Assembly: GCA_963676415.1 (NCBI GenBank)
Contig: OY781097.1
Location: 1,596,555 to 1,660,554, forward strand
From: Bacteroidales bacterium
GTDB lineage: Bacteria; Bacteroidota; Bacteroidia; Bacteroidales; WRLA01
Length of the DNA: 64,000 nt
Direction: 5' to 3'
This document shows positions 18,164 through 29,537 of this stretch, one piece after another. A program made the translations under genes and the position numbers. The notes beneath the pieces were generated by a model. It ran no database searches, was not told the origin of the DNA, and saw only the letters and a program-made list of their open reading frames with translations. Within the stretch, counting starts at the first letter, position 1. Every line of letters begins with the position of its first letter.

Positions 18164-19687
18164 ATGACTTCCGAAAACAATAGTCGAATAGCCAAAAACA
18201 CATTGATGCTGTATTTCCGGATGCTTGTGACAATGCTCGTGTCTTTATACACCTCGCGCATTGTTTTGGAGGTATTAGGAATTGAAGATTTTGGAATTTA
18301 TAATGTTGTTGGAGGTTTTGTTGTTATGTTTGGTTTTCTAAACAGTGCAATGTCAACAGCAACCCAGAGATATTTTGCTTTTGAAATTGGCCGCAATGAT
18401 AGAAGAAAATTGCATGACATTTTCAATATGAGCATAAATATTCACATTATCATTGCTCTGCTTATTGTTTTATTGGCTGAAAGTTTAGGGCTGTGGTTTT
18501 TAAACACTCAGTTAAATATAGATAGTGCACGGATTCCTGCGGCGAATTGGGTTTATCAATTCTCTGTTTTTGCCTTGGTGGTCAATATAATCAGCGTTCC
18601 ATACAATGCTATGATTATTGCTCATGAACGGATGAATGTATTTGCCTGGGTTAGTGTTGTAGAAGTCGTTCTAAAATTGATAATTGTATATCTTCTTCAA
18701 TGGAGTGCTTATGACAAATTAGTAATCTACGCAATCATGATTTTTAGTATAACGCTAATTATCAAGATCATATATGCTGCATACTGTAGTAGGAAAATTA
18801 AAGAAAGTCGCTATAAAACCTTTTGGGATACAAAATTATTTTACACACTGATCAACTATGCAGGTTGGAACCTATGGGGAAATTTTGCCAGTGTGATGAT
18901 GGGCCAAGGGGTCAATATCTTGTTAAATATATTTTTTGGACCCGTTGTGAATGCTGCCCGGGGGATTGCTTTTCAGGTAAAAGCCGCCATCATGAATTTA
19001 GTCATGAATTTTCAGATGGCTATTAACCCGCAGATTGTTAAGTATTATGCTTCTGACAATGTAAAACAGATGCACCATTTAGTGTTTCAGGGCACAAAAT
19101 TTTCTTTTTTTTTGCTGTTTACGGTATCATTGCCCATTCTTTTTCAAACCCATACAATTTTACAGTTTTGGTTGAAAACCCTACCGGATTATGCGGTGAT
19201 ATTTACCCAATTGATTATCGTTAATGCACTAATAGATGCATTATCAGGATCCTTGATGACTGCAGCTCAGGCAACAGGAAAAATTAAAAAGTACCAAAGT
19301 GTGGTCGGGGGATTGCTTCTACTTAATATTCCAATATCTTATCTATTTCTGCGGCTGGGATTTCCTCCGCAAACAACGGTTTATATAAGCATAAGTTTAG
19401 CCCTAATTGCGCTATTGGCCAGGCTGAAAATTATCAGCGCATTAATTAATCTATCAATATACGAATATCTCCGAAAGGTCATCTGCCCGATAATTATTGT
19501 GATTATAGTTTCTATCACTGCTACATACGGAATACTGCATTTTATGAGAAGCGGACTCGTATATACCCTTATACTTTGCATTGGTAGTGTCGTATCCGTA
19601 TTATTATCCTCATATTTTTTAGGCTTAACAAAATCTGAACGGACTTTTTTCAGCGAAAAATTAAAAAGTTTTACGAAGAAACAATAA
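18164..19687 (+). CDS. wzx: Oligosaccharide flippase (Wzx / MOP superfamily)
   Basis: 507 aa, polytopic and hydrophobic throughout. The N-terminus SRIAKNTLMLYFRMLVTMLVSLYTSRIVL is typical of Wzx. Lies in a glycan-locus context. Confidence 0.7.
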   Translation: MTSENNSRIAKNTLMLYFRMLVTMLVSLYTSRIVLEVLGIEDFGIYNVVGGFVVMFGFLNSAMSTATQRYFAFEIGRNDRRKLHDIFNMSINIHIIIALLIVLLAESLGLWFLNTQLNIDSARIPAANWVYQFSVFALVVNIISVPYNAMIIAHERMNVFAWVSVVEVVLKLIIVYLLQWSAYDKLVIYAIMIFSITLIIKIIYAAYCSRKIKESRYKTFWDTKLFYTLINYAGWNLWGNFASVMMGQGVNILLNIFFGPVVNAARGIAFQVKAAIMNLVMNFQMAINPQIVKYYASDNVKQMHHLVFQGTKFSFFLLFTVSLPILFQTHTILQFWLKTLPDYAVIFTQLIIVNALIDALSGSLMTAAQATGKIKKYQSVVGGLLLLNIPISYLFLRLGFPPQTTVYISISLALIALLARLKIISALINLSIYEYLRKVICPIIIVIIVSITATYGILHFMRSGLVYTLILCIGSVVSVLLSSYFLGLTKSERTFFSEKLKSFTKKQ

Positions 19688-19737
19688 TCGAAAACTAGAC
19701 CTATAGGTTTAATGCCCAACAGGTACACCCAATAGAA

Positions 19738-21099
19738 ATGAATCAGGAAAAAAAGCACATTCCTCTGGTAATTAGTAAAATAGTATCCAATGATTTATGC
19801 GTTGGCTGTGGCCTATGTGTTTATAATTGCCCTACCAACGCATTAAAAATGACCTGGAATGATTTTGGGTTTTTAGTTCCTGAGCTTGCAGGGACATGCC
19901 ATGCAAAAGGAAAATGCATGGAGCTGTGCCCCTTCAATATTGAACCGGAAAATGATGTTATTGATGAGGATGCTCTGGCAAAAATCTATTTACAGGAATC
20001 AAAATGCTACCATGAAAAAATCGGCCATTATTGTAGGCTTTATGCCGGATACTCCAAAGAATTCCGCCTACACTCATCCTCAGGAGGAATAGCAACATAT
20101 CTTTTTTCAGAATTGCTCGATAAAAAAGCTGTGAGCGCGATTTTTTCCGTCAGGGAATCCAGCAGCGCGGATCATTTATACGATTATGCGGTCTTAAAAA
20201 GCAAGGACGACATCATGGCTGCTGCGAAAACAAAATATTATCCTGTAACATTAGCCAGTGTACTATCTCAAATTGAGAATATTGAAGGAAAAATTGCGAT
20301 AGTAGGTGTAGGTTGTTTTATAAAAGGAATTCGTTTACTCCAATATTATCACCCGCACCTGAAAGATAAAATACCCTTCCTAATTGGAATTATTTGTGGA
20401 GGTTTAAAGAGCACTTTCTTTACGGAATATATTGCCTCAAAGGCTGGTGTTGATAAATCAGACATATCCAATCCCCAATATCGTGTTAAAAATCTTGAAG
20501 GTGATGCCGGGGATTATTATTTCCGCTGCAACAGCAATCCAAAAGCGGACATGGTTAAGATGAGAGATTTGGGTGATATGTGGGGATCGGGAATGTTTAA
20601 AAACAATGCGTGTGATTATTGTGAAGATGTAACTACAGAATTGGCTGATATTTCCTTAGGCGATGCCTGGATTCCCCCATATTCCAAAGATGGCCGTGGA
20701 AACAGCATCATTATAACAAGAACATTACTGGCCGAAAAAATTATACAAGAAGGGATCGAAATAGAAGAATTATCCTTAGACAAATTATCGACAGAAGATT
20801 TAATAAAATCACAAAGGGGAGGATATAATCACAAGCATAAAGGGTTGAAAACCCGAATGTTTCTGGCAAAATTTGCGGGCAGGACCGTGCCTGTCAAAAG
20901 AAAAATATTTGAAAAAAGCCCTTTGATTTTTAAGTTCGTGCAGATATTAAGGAGGAACCTGCGGAAACAAAGCTTGATTTTATGGAAAAAATATCCTGAG
21001 TTTTCTAAATTTAACTCAAAATTACATCGACATAAAAAATTGCTATTGTTCGCTACTAAAGCTTATCACAAATATAATAGCTTGAAAACAAAAGCATAG
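19738..21099 (+). CDS. Coenzyme F420 hydrogenase/dehydrogenase beta-subunit-like Fe-S protein
   Basis: N-terminal ferredoxin motif CVGCGLCVYNCP plus a second Cys cluster. This family is commonly paired with pyruvyl transferases in polysaccharide loci. Confidence 0.6.
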   Translation: MNQEKKHIPLVISKIVSNDLCVGCGLCVYNCPTNALKMTWNDFGFLVPELAGTCHAKGKCMELCPFNIEPENDVIDEDALAKIYLQESKCYHEKIGHYCRLYAGYSKEFRLHSSSGGIATYLFSELLDKKAVSAIFSVRESSSADHLYDYAVLKSKDDIMAAAKTKYYPVTLASVLSQIENIEGKIAIVGVGCFIKGIRLLQYYHPHLKDKIPFLIGIICGGLKSTFFTEYIASKAGVDKSDISNPQYRVKNLEGDAGDYYFRCNSNPKADMVKMRDLGDMWGSGMFKNNACDYCEDVTTELADISLGDAWIPPYSKDGRGNSIIITRTLLAEKIIQEGIEIEELSLDKLSTEDLIKSQRGGYNHKHKGLKTRMFLAKFAGRTVPVKRKIFEKSPLIFKFVQILRRNLRKQSLILWKKYPEFSKFNSKLHRHKKLLLFATKAYHKYNSLKTKA

Positions 21100-21117
21100 T
21101 TAAGCAAAAAATTATAT

Positions 21118-22260
21118 ATGAAGATTGGAATATTGACATTACCGTTTCACGGAAATCTTGGAGGCATTTTCCAGAACTATGCCCTACAAATAAGTCTTCA
21201 AAAGTTAGGGTATGATTCCCAAACCATTATTATTCCTAATTCTAAACCCGCCCGTCTAAGCCAAGTCCTTTCCATCGCGAAAAGATCATTCCAAAAATAT
21301 ATCCTGGAAAAAAACATTCCCATCCGGGTATCTCCCGGAAAAAACGAACAAAATATTATATTGAAAGAACCCAATCGTTTTATTCAGGAATATATTAAGG
21401 TAGCCCAAATTAATTCCAAACAACTCGAAAACTTAAAATATCTTGAGGGCGAATACGATGCGATCATCGTGGGTAGTGATCAGGTGTGGCGGCCCAAATA
21501 CACGAAGGACATACAATTTTATTACCTTGGTTTTCTGCCCGATAAAACGAAAATTAAAAGAATTGCCTATGCTGCTTCTTTGGGCACGAATGAATGGGAA
21601 TATTCCGTAGATCAAACCAATGCATGCAAACAATTAGTCCATAGGTTTCATGCAGTATCGGTTCGCGAAAGGAGTGCCGTCAGCTTAATGGAAGAGAAAT
21701 TCCAGCTTAATGCTGTCCAAACATTAGATCCGGTATTGCTGCTCAACAAATCTGATCTCGAAAAATTAATCCCTGAAAATCACACAAAATATGAGCAAAG
21801 CAGGGCATTTATAAATTTGCTCGATAATACGGATGAGGCGAAATATAAAATTGAAAAAATTTGTCAATCCAAGGGATTAAAGCCTTTTTCAATATTGCCG
21901 GAAAAAACATTTGTTCAGGTTGGGAAAGATGGTATTCAGGATTGCATCTTTCCCTCCATTGAAAACTGGTTAAAGTCTTTTAAATATTCATCTCTTGTGA
22001 TTACAGATTCATTTCATGGAGTGGTAATTTCAATATTATTGAACAAAGATTTTATTTGTCTGGGAAATAAAAAAAGAGGGCTGAGTAGGATGACGAATAT
22101 ATTAAGTAAATATAAGCTAATGGATCGGCTTGTTTTGAATAAGGATTCACTACAAAACACAGGAAATTTAAAATCAATAGATTATACTGAAATAAACAAA
22201 GCTTTGGATGCCGACAGAGCCCAATCCTTCAATTTTCTAAAAACAGCCCTAAACTCCTAA
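21118..22260 (+). CDS. Polysaccharide pyruvyl transferase family protein
   Basis: MKIGILTLPFHGNLGGIFQNYAL and IVGSDQVWRP motifs. Sits next to the FrhB-like partner. Confidence 0.65.
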   Translation: MKIGILTLPFHGNLGGIFQNYALQISLQKLGYDSQTIIIPNSKPARLSQVLSIAKRSFQKYILEKNIPIRVSPGKNEQNIILKEPNRFIQEYIKVAQINSKQLENLKYLEGEYDAIIVGSDQVWRPKYTKDIQFYYLGFLPDKTKIKRIAYAASLGTNEWEYSVDQTNACKQLVHRFHAVSVRERSAVSLMEEKFQLNAVQTLDPVLLLNKSDLEKLIPENHTKYEQSRAFINLLDNTDEAKYKIEKICQSKGLKPFSILPEKTFVQVGKDGIQDCIFPSIENWLKSFKYSSLVITDSFHGVVISILLNKDFICLGNKKRGLSRMTNILSKYKLMDRLVLNKDSLQNTGNLKSIDYTEINKALDADRAQSFNFLKTALNS

Positions 22261-22407
22261 AAGGGTATAATCAGGAACACGGATTCTGCCAATAATTGTT
22301 TGGAATAGTTGAAATCCGGGTTCTTCTCAAAAAATTTGTGGCCAAGTCTTCTGCATTTTGGAAGCCACAAAAATCAAGAATGCAAAAAGTCATTACCCAC
22401 TAATACA

Positions 22408-23310
22408 ATGGTCAAAAGAAATACGCTTAGCCAATCTCCTGACAAACAGAATAAGTTGCCTTTTATTTCTGTAATTATACCATTGTTTAATAAAGAGAAA
22501 TATATTGAATCAACAATCAAGTCTGTGCTATCACAAAGAGAGACGTCTTTTGAAATAGTTGTTGTTGACGATGGCTCTACAGATCATAGTGGTGATATTG
22601 TTAAAAACATTGGTGATGCACGAATCCATCTATATAGAAAACCAAATGGAGGCGTTTCATCTGCGAGAAATTATGGGATAACAAAGGCCCGGGGACAATT
22701 CATTTTCTTTTTAGATGCTGATGATGAAATTTTAAAGAACAGCTTCGACATTTTAAAAAATTTATCTTCCAAATATCCTGAACATAACATTTTTACCAGC
22801 AATTTTCTATACCAGGATCCATTAACTTCATATCCCTACTGTTTCAAAAGAAAAGAAGGTGAAGTTAAAAATGCCTTCTTCCAATCTTTCCTGAAAAACA
22901 TTTATTTGCGTACTGGGAATTTTATGGTACGAAGAACCCAAATTCAAGGGATACATGAATTTAATGAATCAATAAGCATTAACGAAGATTTTGACTTTAC
23001 GTGTAGGTTATTAAAAGGGCATAAAATAATTTATACACCAGAAATAACTTTTATATATAAAAGAGAACATTCTGAATTAAGCATATCTTCAAATGACAAG
23101 AAAAATCACTTTATTTCAATTGTAAAAATCAAGGGTTCTTTCTCTCAAAAATTACTTTATTCCCAATATATTATCAAATACTACAGAGGTTTTCTTGGTA
23201 CACTGAGAAACGATGTAAGATACACTCCAATTGAATTGTTTTTCATAACTCTTGCGATCACAATTGAAAAGTTTAACAATTTATATAAGAAATCATTAGG
23301 AAAATTCTAA
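22408..23310 (+). CDS. Glycosyltransferase family 2
   Basis: ISVIIPLFNKEKYIE...VVVDDGSTD...NGGVSSARNYG...FLDADD motifs. The start was moved to the ATG at 22408. Confidence 0.8.
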   Translation: MVKRNTLSQSPDKQNKLPFISVIIPLFNKEKYIESTIKSVLSQRETSFEIVVVDDGSTDHSGDIVKNIGDARIHLYRKPNGGVSSARNYGITKARGQFIFFLDADDEILKNSFDILKNLSSKYPEHNIFTSNFLYQDPLTSYPYCFKRKEGEVKNAFFQSFLKNIYLRTGNFMVRRTQIQGIHEFNESISINEDFDFTCRLLKGHKIIYTPEITFIYKREHSELSISSNDKKNHFISIVKIKGSFSQKLLYSQYIIKYYRGFLGTLRNDVRYTPIELFFITLAITIEKFNNLYKKSLGKF

Positions 23311-23380
23311 TGGACATGGAGCTCTTTGTTCTTATGATGAAGGCTTGTTGTGCAAATTTTTACCGTAACATGAACATATA

Positions 23381-24607
23381 ATGCTTGTAATATTAATCAG
23401 CCAAAATCCTTTTTGGGAGTCTTCCGCTACATCAAACCGGTGGCTTAGCCTTATAAATAGTTTAAATCAACAAAGTATAGAAGTTAAAATTCTATTTTAT
23501 GGCGGTTATCACAGTCAGGATGAAAAACAAAAGTGGGGCGTTGAAGGAAACAGAGATGGATTGTTGTATAAATATCTAAACGAGAAAATTGTTCAGGGGT
23601 ATTTCAAAATCAGGTTTTACAATTATATTGGATATGACCTTGAATTCACGAGAATTTATAAATTAATTTTTCGGGAAGTCAATAAATATAAGGATAATGG
23701 CATTGTATGGACTGATTCATCCCTTACAGGTTTTAAGATTGCTGTTCGGTTAAAAAAGCATCGGGTCAAAGCAAAACTCTTTCTTGAAATGAGTGAGTTT
23801 CTTGATATTCAGCTAATTAATAAAGGGAACTACTTGCAAAAGAGAAAAGCAAAAAAACGTTTGCTTTTTTTTAGGCAAAGCGCATTTAAAGCGTACGACG
23901 GTATAGCGCTAATGACAAAAACTTTGATTAATCACTATTTGCAGTATCCAAAACCACATCCTGAATTTTTGCATCTGCCCATGACTGTTGATCTGGAGCG
24001 CTTTAATTTGCCTGAGGATTCGTTATCCAATTTTGAGAAGCCTTACATTGCATATGTAGGAGTTATGAGCAACGCAAAAGATGGTGTCAACATTCTTATC
24101 GAAGCATTCCACAAAATCAGCAAGCAATTTCCTGCTTACCGATTATATTTAATTGGCACATGGAATTACGATACGCCCGATCACCTTCAAATGATTAAAG
24201 AATATAGTCTTAAGGATAGGGTTTTCTGGATGAAACAATATCCGCGCGAAAAAATTCCTGCGATAATTAAAAATGCGGACTTATTAGCGCTTCCCCGACC
24301 CGATTCGAAACAAGCACAGGGAGGGTTTCCCACGAAACTCGGAGAGTATCTTGCCACTGGAAATCCTGTTTGCGCAACACGGGTTGGCGAAATTCCCGAT
24401 TATCTGAAAGACCGCGAATCGGTTTACTTTGCTGATCCCGGATCATTAGGTTCATTTGTCGATGCAATGACTTTGGCTTTAAGTGATCCCGAAGAGGCCA
24501 AAAAAATCGGGATGAACGGTCGCCGTATTGCTGAAAAACACTTTAACAAAGATATTCAGGGAAAGATACTAAGTGATTTCTTATTAAAGCTCCAGCATGC
24601 CAAATAA
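23381..24607 (+). CDS. Glycosyltransferase family 4 (GT-B, group 1)
   Basis: C-terminal E(x7)E-type region GGFPTKLGEYLATGNPV. Size is about 400 aa. Confidence 0.7.
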   Translation: MLVILISQNPFWESSATSNRWLSLINSLNQQSIEVKILFYGGYHSQDEKQKWGVEGNRDGLLYKYLNEKIVQGYFKIRFYNYIGYDLEFTRIYKLIFREVNKYKDNGIVWTDSSLTGFKIAVRLKKHRVKAKLFLEMSEFLDIQLINKGNYLQKRKAKKRLLFFRQSAFKAYDGIALMTKTLINHYLQYPKPHPEFLHLPMTVDLERFNLPEDSLSNFEKPYIAYVGVMSNAKDGVNILIEAFHKISKQFPAYRLYLIGTWNYDTPDHLQMIKEYSLKDRVFWMKQYPREKIPAIIKNADLLALPRPDSKQAQGGFPTKLGEYLATGNPVCATRVGEIPDYLKDRESVYFADPGSLGSFVDAMTLALSDPEEAKKIGMNGRRIAEKHFNKDIQGKILSDFLLKLQHAK

Positions 24608-25658
24608 AATCTGCTTTGTTAGCCACGGTCTTGAAGGGGGAGGAATGGAGCGCGCCTTGGTTTCTCTCGCCAACTATTATGCGGAAAAAAATTATGAAGT
24701 AAGCATTCTGAACCTCTATAAAACCGAGGTATTTTTTTTTCTGCATCCGGATATTCAAATAATCTGGCCGGATTTCTACAGGAAAAACCGATACGTACAC
24801 ATTCTAAGGCTTTTCCCTTTTATCCGGAAAAACATAAAGCAAATCAAGCCGGATGTAGTATTCAGCTTCGGGGAAACTTTTAATTCCTATGTTATAATCG
24901 CTTTGGCATTGCTTAATCAAAGACTAATTCTAACAAACCGAATGTGGCCTACACTGGATTTGGGCTTTCCTTCTGCTTACTTAAACAAATACTTTTACCG
25001 TTTTGCCGATGGTGTAGTGGCACAAACCAATATTGCAAAAAGCATCATCAAAGAAAAATACTTCAACGATAATGTAGTGGTAATACCCAATGCCGTGATG
25101 CCGGTAGAAACAGAAGGCGTCCCCAAAAAAAATCAAATAATAAGCGTAGGGCGTCTTTCCAGAGCGAAAGGACATATTGTATTGCTCCGGGCCTTTTCAA
25201 AACTACTCGAAAATGATTGGAGCCTGCATTTGGTAGGAGACGGAGCAGAAACTGAAAAACTCAAAAAAGAAGCAAAATCTTTAGGAATAGCAAACAGGAC
25301 GATATTTCATGGCCATTTAAAGGACTTTTCGCGTTTGATGGCTGAATCAGAGATATTTGTCCTTCCCTCTTTTCACGAAGGCTTTCCGAATGCTTTGGTT
25401 GAGGCTATGTCGGTTCCGCTTCCTTGTATCAGCAGCAATTGTGTCGCCGGTCCGGCAGATATTATCCGGCATGGTGAAAATGGTTTGCTGGTCAGACCGG
25501 GTGATGAAAATGAACTTGCTGCAGCGATGGAGAAGCTAATTGCAGATGAAGGATTAAGAGCAAATCTGGCTCAAAAAGCTTTTGAAGTACGGGAAACCTA
25601 TAATTTTGAAACAATCGCGGAGCGTTATCTTAAATTCCTGCTTCCTCCTGAATTATAA
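24597..25658 (+). CDS. Glycosyltransferase family 4
   Basis: SFHEGFPNALVEAMSVPLPCISS motif. Overlaps the upstream gene by 11 nt. Confidence 0.75.
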   Translation: MPNKICFVSHGLEGGGMERALVSLANYYAEKNYEVSILNLYKTEVFFFLHPDIQIIWPDFYRKNRYVHILRLFPFIRKNIKQIKPDVVFSFGETFNSYVIIALALLNQRLILTNRMWPTLDLGFPSAYLNKYFYRFADGVVAQTNIAKSIIKEKYFNDNVVVIPNAVMPVETEGVPKKNQIISVGRLSRAKGHIVLLRAFSKLLENDWSLHLVGDGAETEKLKKEAKSLGIANRTIFHGHLKDFSRLMAESEIFVLPSFHEGFPNALVEAMSVPLPCISSNCVAGPADIIRHGENGLLVRPGDENELAAAMEKLIADEGLRANLAQKAFEVRETYNFETIAERYLKFLLPPEL

Positions 25659-25664
25659 AAGCTT

Positions 25665-26882
25665 ATGCGGATACTCCAAATAAATTCAACACTGAATTCG
25701 GGAAGCACAGGAAAAATTGCGGAAGGCATTGGTTTAAAGGTCATTGACCATAATGGGGAGAGTTGTGTGGCCTATGGACGTTTTGCAAATAAAAGCGCAT
25801 CTCAAGCTATTAAAATTGGCAGTCAATGGGAGCAGGCTTTGCATTTATTAAATACACGCATTTTTGATACGCATGCGTTCCATTCCAATACTGCTACACG
25901 AAAATTAATTAAGGAAATCACGAAAATTCAACCGGATATTATCCATTTACATAATCTACATGGGTATTATCTCAATGTTGAAATTTTATTCCGCTTTTTG
26001 AATAAGTTCAATAAGCCCCTTGTTTGGACGCTCCATGATTGCTGGCCGTTTACAGGTCATTGCAGCTATTTTGAAAGAGTGCACTGTACAAAATGGAAAA
26101 CGGAATGCGATCATTGCCCTTTGAAGTTTTTGTACCCCCAGTCTTATATTTTTGATAATTCAAAAAAGAATTTTCAGCGCAAAAAGCTGATATTTTCACA
26201 GCATAGAAATATTCATATTGTCACCGTATCCAATTGGTTGAAGACGCAGGTAAAAGCTTCCTTTCTCAAATACAGTTCACTTCGTACAATTTATAACGGT
26301 ATCAATACAGATGTTTTTAAGCCTCTGGACAGCATAGCCCTGAAAAAAAAATTGGGCTTTGAGTCAAAACAAATAATTTTGGGTGTTGCCAATGTTTGGG
26401 CGGAGGGAAAGGGCTTAAAATCATTTCATGAATTGAGCAAGCAAATATCGGATAATCAACTTATTATCCTGATAGGGCTCAGTAAAAGACAAATTAAAAA
26501 ACTTCCCCGAAATATAATTGGCATCGGGCGAACCAACAGCCAAAAGGAGCTTGCGGAATACTACAACATGGCAGATGTTTTTGTGAACCCTTCAATCGCG
26601 GAGACTTTTGGCTTGGTAACAGCAGAAGCAATGGCCTGTGGCACACCATCTGTTGTTTATAATTCCAGTGCCAGTCCGGAGTTGGTCAGCAATGATGTTG
26701 GCTTTGTTGTACAACTATCCGAACATCAGGACCTGAACAATAAAATCTCCACCATCCTGCAAAAGGGAAAAGATGCTTATTCACGGCAATGTATCCAACG
26801 TGCTTCCCGCCTGTTTGATATGGATAAACAATATGATAAATATATTTCCCTTTATGATGAAATTCTATCTGACCGTACATAA
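25665..26882 (+). CDS. Glycosyltransferase family 4
   Basis: SIAETFGLVTAEAMACGTPSVV motif. Confidence 0.7.
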   Translation: MRILQINSTLNSGSTGKIAEGIGLKVIDHNGESCVAYGRFANKSASQAIKIGSQWEQALHLLNTRIFDTHAFHSNTATRKLIKEITKIQPDIIHLHNLHGYYLNVEILFRFLNKFNKPLVWTLHDCWPFTGHCSYFERVHCTKWKTECDHCPLKFLYPQSYIFDNSKKNFQRKKLIFSQHRNIHIVTVSNWLKTQVKASFLKYSSLRTIYNGINTDVFKPLDSIALKKKLGFESKQIILGVANVWAEGKGLKSFHELSKQISDNQLIILIGLSKRQIKKLPRNIIGIGRTNSQKELAEYYNMADVFVNPSIAETFGLVTAEAMACGTPSVVYNSSASPELVSNDVGFVVQLSEHQDLNNKISTILQKGKDAYSRQCIQRASRLFDMDKQYDKYISLYDEILSDRT

Positions 26883-26921
26883 TGTATTAATATTGAATCA
26901 AATTCAATTCAAAGTTATTAA

Positions 26922-28124
26922 ATGAAAGTACTTTTCCTGATGTTTGTGTTTCCCAATTTGGAAACAGGATTTAATATGTACACAGCGCTTGTGGAGGAAT
27001 TTCACAAAAACAATCATGATGTTTTTGTAATTGCGCCGGATCCAGGAATTAAAAAGACGCAGATCAGGAAGGAAAATGGCATTGATATATTGAGGGTTAA
27101 GACATTGCCGGTTAAAAATGTCCCCAATATTTTAAAAGGAATTTCCAACATTTGGTTGCCCCGGCAATATTATGCTGCAATTAAAAAATACTATGCCCAT
27201 ATCCATTTCGATTTGATCGTAACGCCAACACCACCAATAACGCTGGCAGACCCTGCCTTTCGGATAAAATCCTGGCATAAAGCGCAATTGTACCTGATTT
27301 TAAGAGATATATTTCCACAAAATGCGGTTGACCTTGGTATGATGAAGCAAAATAGCTTCATCTATAAATATTTTAGGAAAAAGGAGGCGAAACTCTATAG
27401 AACCGCTGATCTGATTGGCTGTATGTCGCAGGCCAACATTGAATACATTCTAAAACATAATCCAAAGGTTGACCGGTCAAAATTACATATTTTGCATAAT
27501 CTGCAAATTTTGAACACCAGCTACTCCGAGCGGGATATGAAAATAAAAAAAGAATACTCCCTTGAGCATAAATTTGTTGTTGTGTTTGGTGGAAATATGG
27601 GGAAAGCACAGCAATTAGAAAATGTTTTAAAGCTCGCGCAAAGCTGCGAAAATTACTCTGATGTGGTCTTTCTGCTTTTGGGAGAAGGTGTGCAAATGCA
27701 AAAGACAAAAAGACTTATTGAAGAGCATAATATATGCAACATAAAAATAATAAAAACAATACCAAAAGCCGAATATCAAAGGCTCATAAGCGTCTGTGAT
27801 ATCGGATTGATCAGTTTGCATCAGGATTTTACCATTCCAAATATCCCAAGTAAAACACTCGACTATTTTAATATGGGCTTGCCTGTGCTGGCTTCTGTTG
27901 ACAGGGCTACTGATTATAACGACTACCTTGACGCTGCACGAGCCGGCCTGTGGTCCTTTGCGGGGGATCATGATGCGTTAAAGAGTAATTTTGATAAATT
28001 ATATTTTGATCCGGAGTTAAGAAAATCAATGGGCAAAAACGGGCGTTTGTTTTTTGAGAAACATCTTACTCCTGATATTGCCTATAAAACAATAATGGAG
28101 CATTTGAACCAAAACAAGGATTAA
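26922..28124 (+). CDS. Glycosyltransferase family 4, WbuB-like (candidate L-FucNAc transferase)
   Basis: GT-B architecture and ~400 aa. WbuB-type enzymes normally accompany fnlABC. The substrate assignment is an inference. Confidence 0.55.
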   Translation: MKVLFLMFVFPNLETGFNMYTALVEEFHKNNHDVFVIAPDPGIKKTQIRKENGIDILRVKTLPVKNVPNILKGISNIWLPRQYYAAIKKYYAHIHFDLIVTPTPPITLADPAFRIKSWHKAQLYLILRDIFPQNAVDLGMMKQNSFIYKYFRKKEAKLYRTADLIGCMSQANIEYILKHNPKVDRSKLHILHNLQILNTSYSERDMKIKKEYSLEHKFVVVFGGNMGKAQQLENVLKLAQSCENYSDVVFLLLGEGVQMQKTKRLIEEHNICNIKIIKTIPKAEYQRLISVCDIGLISLHQDFTIPNIPSKTLDYFNMGLPVLASVDRATDYNDYLDAARAGLWSFAGDHDALKSNFDKLYFDPELRKSMGKNGRLFFEKHLTPDIAYKTIMEHLNQNKD

Positions 28125-28199
28125 ATGGATTTTGCTCTTGGAAACTCATCGCAGCATATATCAAACAACTTCAAAAAAAGCCATTGAAAAGGTTAAAAA

Positions 28200-29504
28200 A
28201 TGAATGTATCTGAGAAAACCAGGGCATTCCTGTTTTGGACAGTGGATTTATTAAAAGGAAGTCCGGTAAGGAAAAACCTCAACGAAATAATTGAATCCAT
28301 CCAGAACCCTAATCCGGAACAGATTGGAATCAAAAGAATGGAACTCCTTTCCCATGCGGTTGAAACATGTCCCTTTTATCAATCACTGGCAAAGGATTTA
28401 GAGCTGGGAAAATTTCCGGTCGTTAATAAATCGATTATTCGAAATTCATTAAACAATTTTATATCAAGTAAATACACACAACAAAAGCTAATTCCTGTGC
28501 TTACAAGCGGATCTACGGGCACTCCCTTCAAAACATTTCAGGATAAAGAAAAGAAACTCAGAAACTATGCCGACACACTCTATTTTGCCGGTTTGGCTGG
28601 TTACGAAATTGGCCATCGCCTTATGTACTTAAAAATATGGGTGGAAGAAAAAATGAAAAGCAAACAGGCTTATTGGCTTCAAAATATGTGCCCCGTTGAT
28701 GTTGTTCATTTAGATGATCGCACAATCGACCATATGATTTCTCAAATGGAAAAAGATCGCTCCACTTTTGGAATTTTAGGATACGTATCTGCTTTGGAAA
28801 CCATTTGCCAGCATCTCGACCGAAAGAATCATCCTAATGTTAGGGCTAATGTCCGCTCTATAATCACCATGTCTGAGGCACTGAACATTTACACAAAAAC
28901 GTCCATGGAAAAGTACTTTAGTGCTCCCGTGGTTTCACGTTATTCAAATCTGGAAAATGGCATTATCGCACAGCAGGAAATAAATGGAAAGCCCGGGTTT
29001 CTCATCAATACGGCAAGCTATTTTGTTGAAATACTGAAAATGAACTCGGACGAAGCCGCTGCTGAAGGAGAAACAGGACGAATTGTCGTCACGGATCTAT
29101 ATAATTATGCAATGCCTATGATCCGTTACGATACGGGAGATGTTGGCGCGATGGTCAGCGATCCGGAAAATCCCGAAAAAAAATACTTCTCAAAAATAGA
29201 AGGACGAAAGCTGGACCTTCTTTACGACACCAAAGGGCAAATTGTCTCTTCTTATGTCGCTTATAAAAATATGTGGCAATACACAGATATTAAACAATAT
29301 CAGTTGATTCAGGAGGGCAAGAAAAACTATACCTTTAAGATCAATGCGGATCCTGCTTTCAACAGAGAGAAACAACTTATTAAAGAATTCAGATCGTTTC
29401 TTGGCGATGATGCAGACTTCAAAATACAGTATGTGGACGAAATCCCTCTCCTGTCATCAGGCAAGCGGAAGAAGGTTGTAAACCTTTGTTATACAAACGA
29501 TTAG
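28200..29504 (+). CDS. Phenylacetate-CoA ligase / CapK-like adenylate-forming enzyme
   Basis: TSGSTGTPF AMP-binding P-loop, YDTGD motif and C-terminal SGKRKKV. Confidence 0.65.
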   Translation: MNVSEKTRAFLFWTVDLLKGSPVRKNLNEIIESIQNPNPEQIGIKRMELLSHAVETCPFYQSLAKDLELGKFPVVNKSIIRNSLNNFISSKYTQQKLIPVLTSGSTGTPFKTFQDKEKKLRNYADTLYFAGLAGYEIGHRLMYLKIWVEEKMKSKQAYWLQNMCPVDVVHLDDRTIDHMISQMEKDRSTFGILGYVSALETICQHLDRKNHPNVRANVRSIITMSEALNIYTKTSMEKYFSAPVVSRYSNLENGIIAQQEINGKPGFLINTASYFVEILKMNSDEAAAEGETGRIVVTDLYNYAMPMIRYDTGDVGAMVSDPENPEKKYFSKIEGRKLDLLYDTKGQIVSSYVAYKNMWQYTDIKQYQLIQEGKKNYTFKINADPAFNREKQLIKEFRSFLGDDADFKIQYVDEIPLLSSGKRKKVVNLCYTND

Positions 29505-29537
29505 GCTATTGATAATTAATCTGACAAACATATTTTC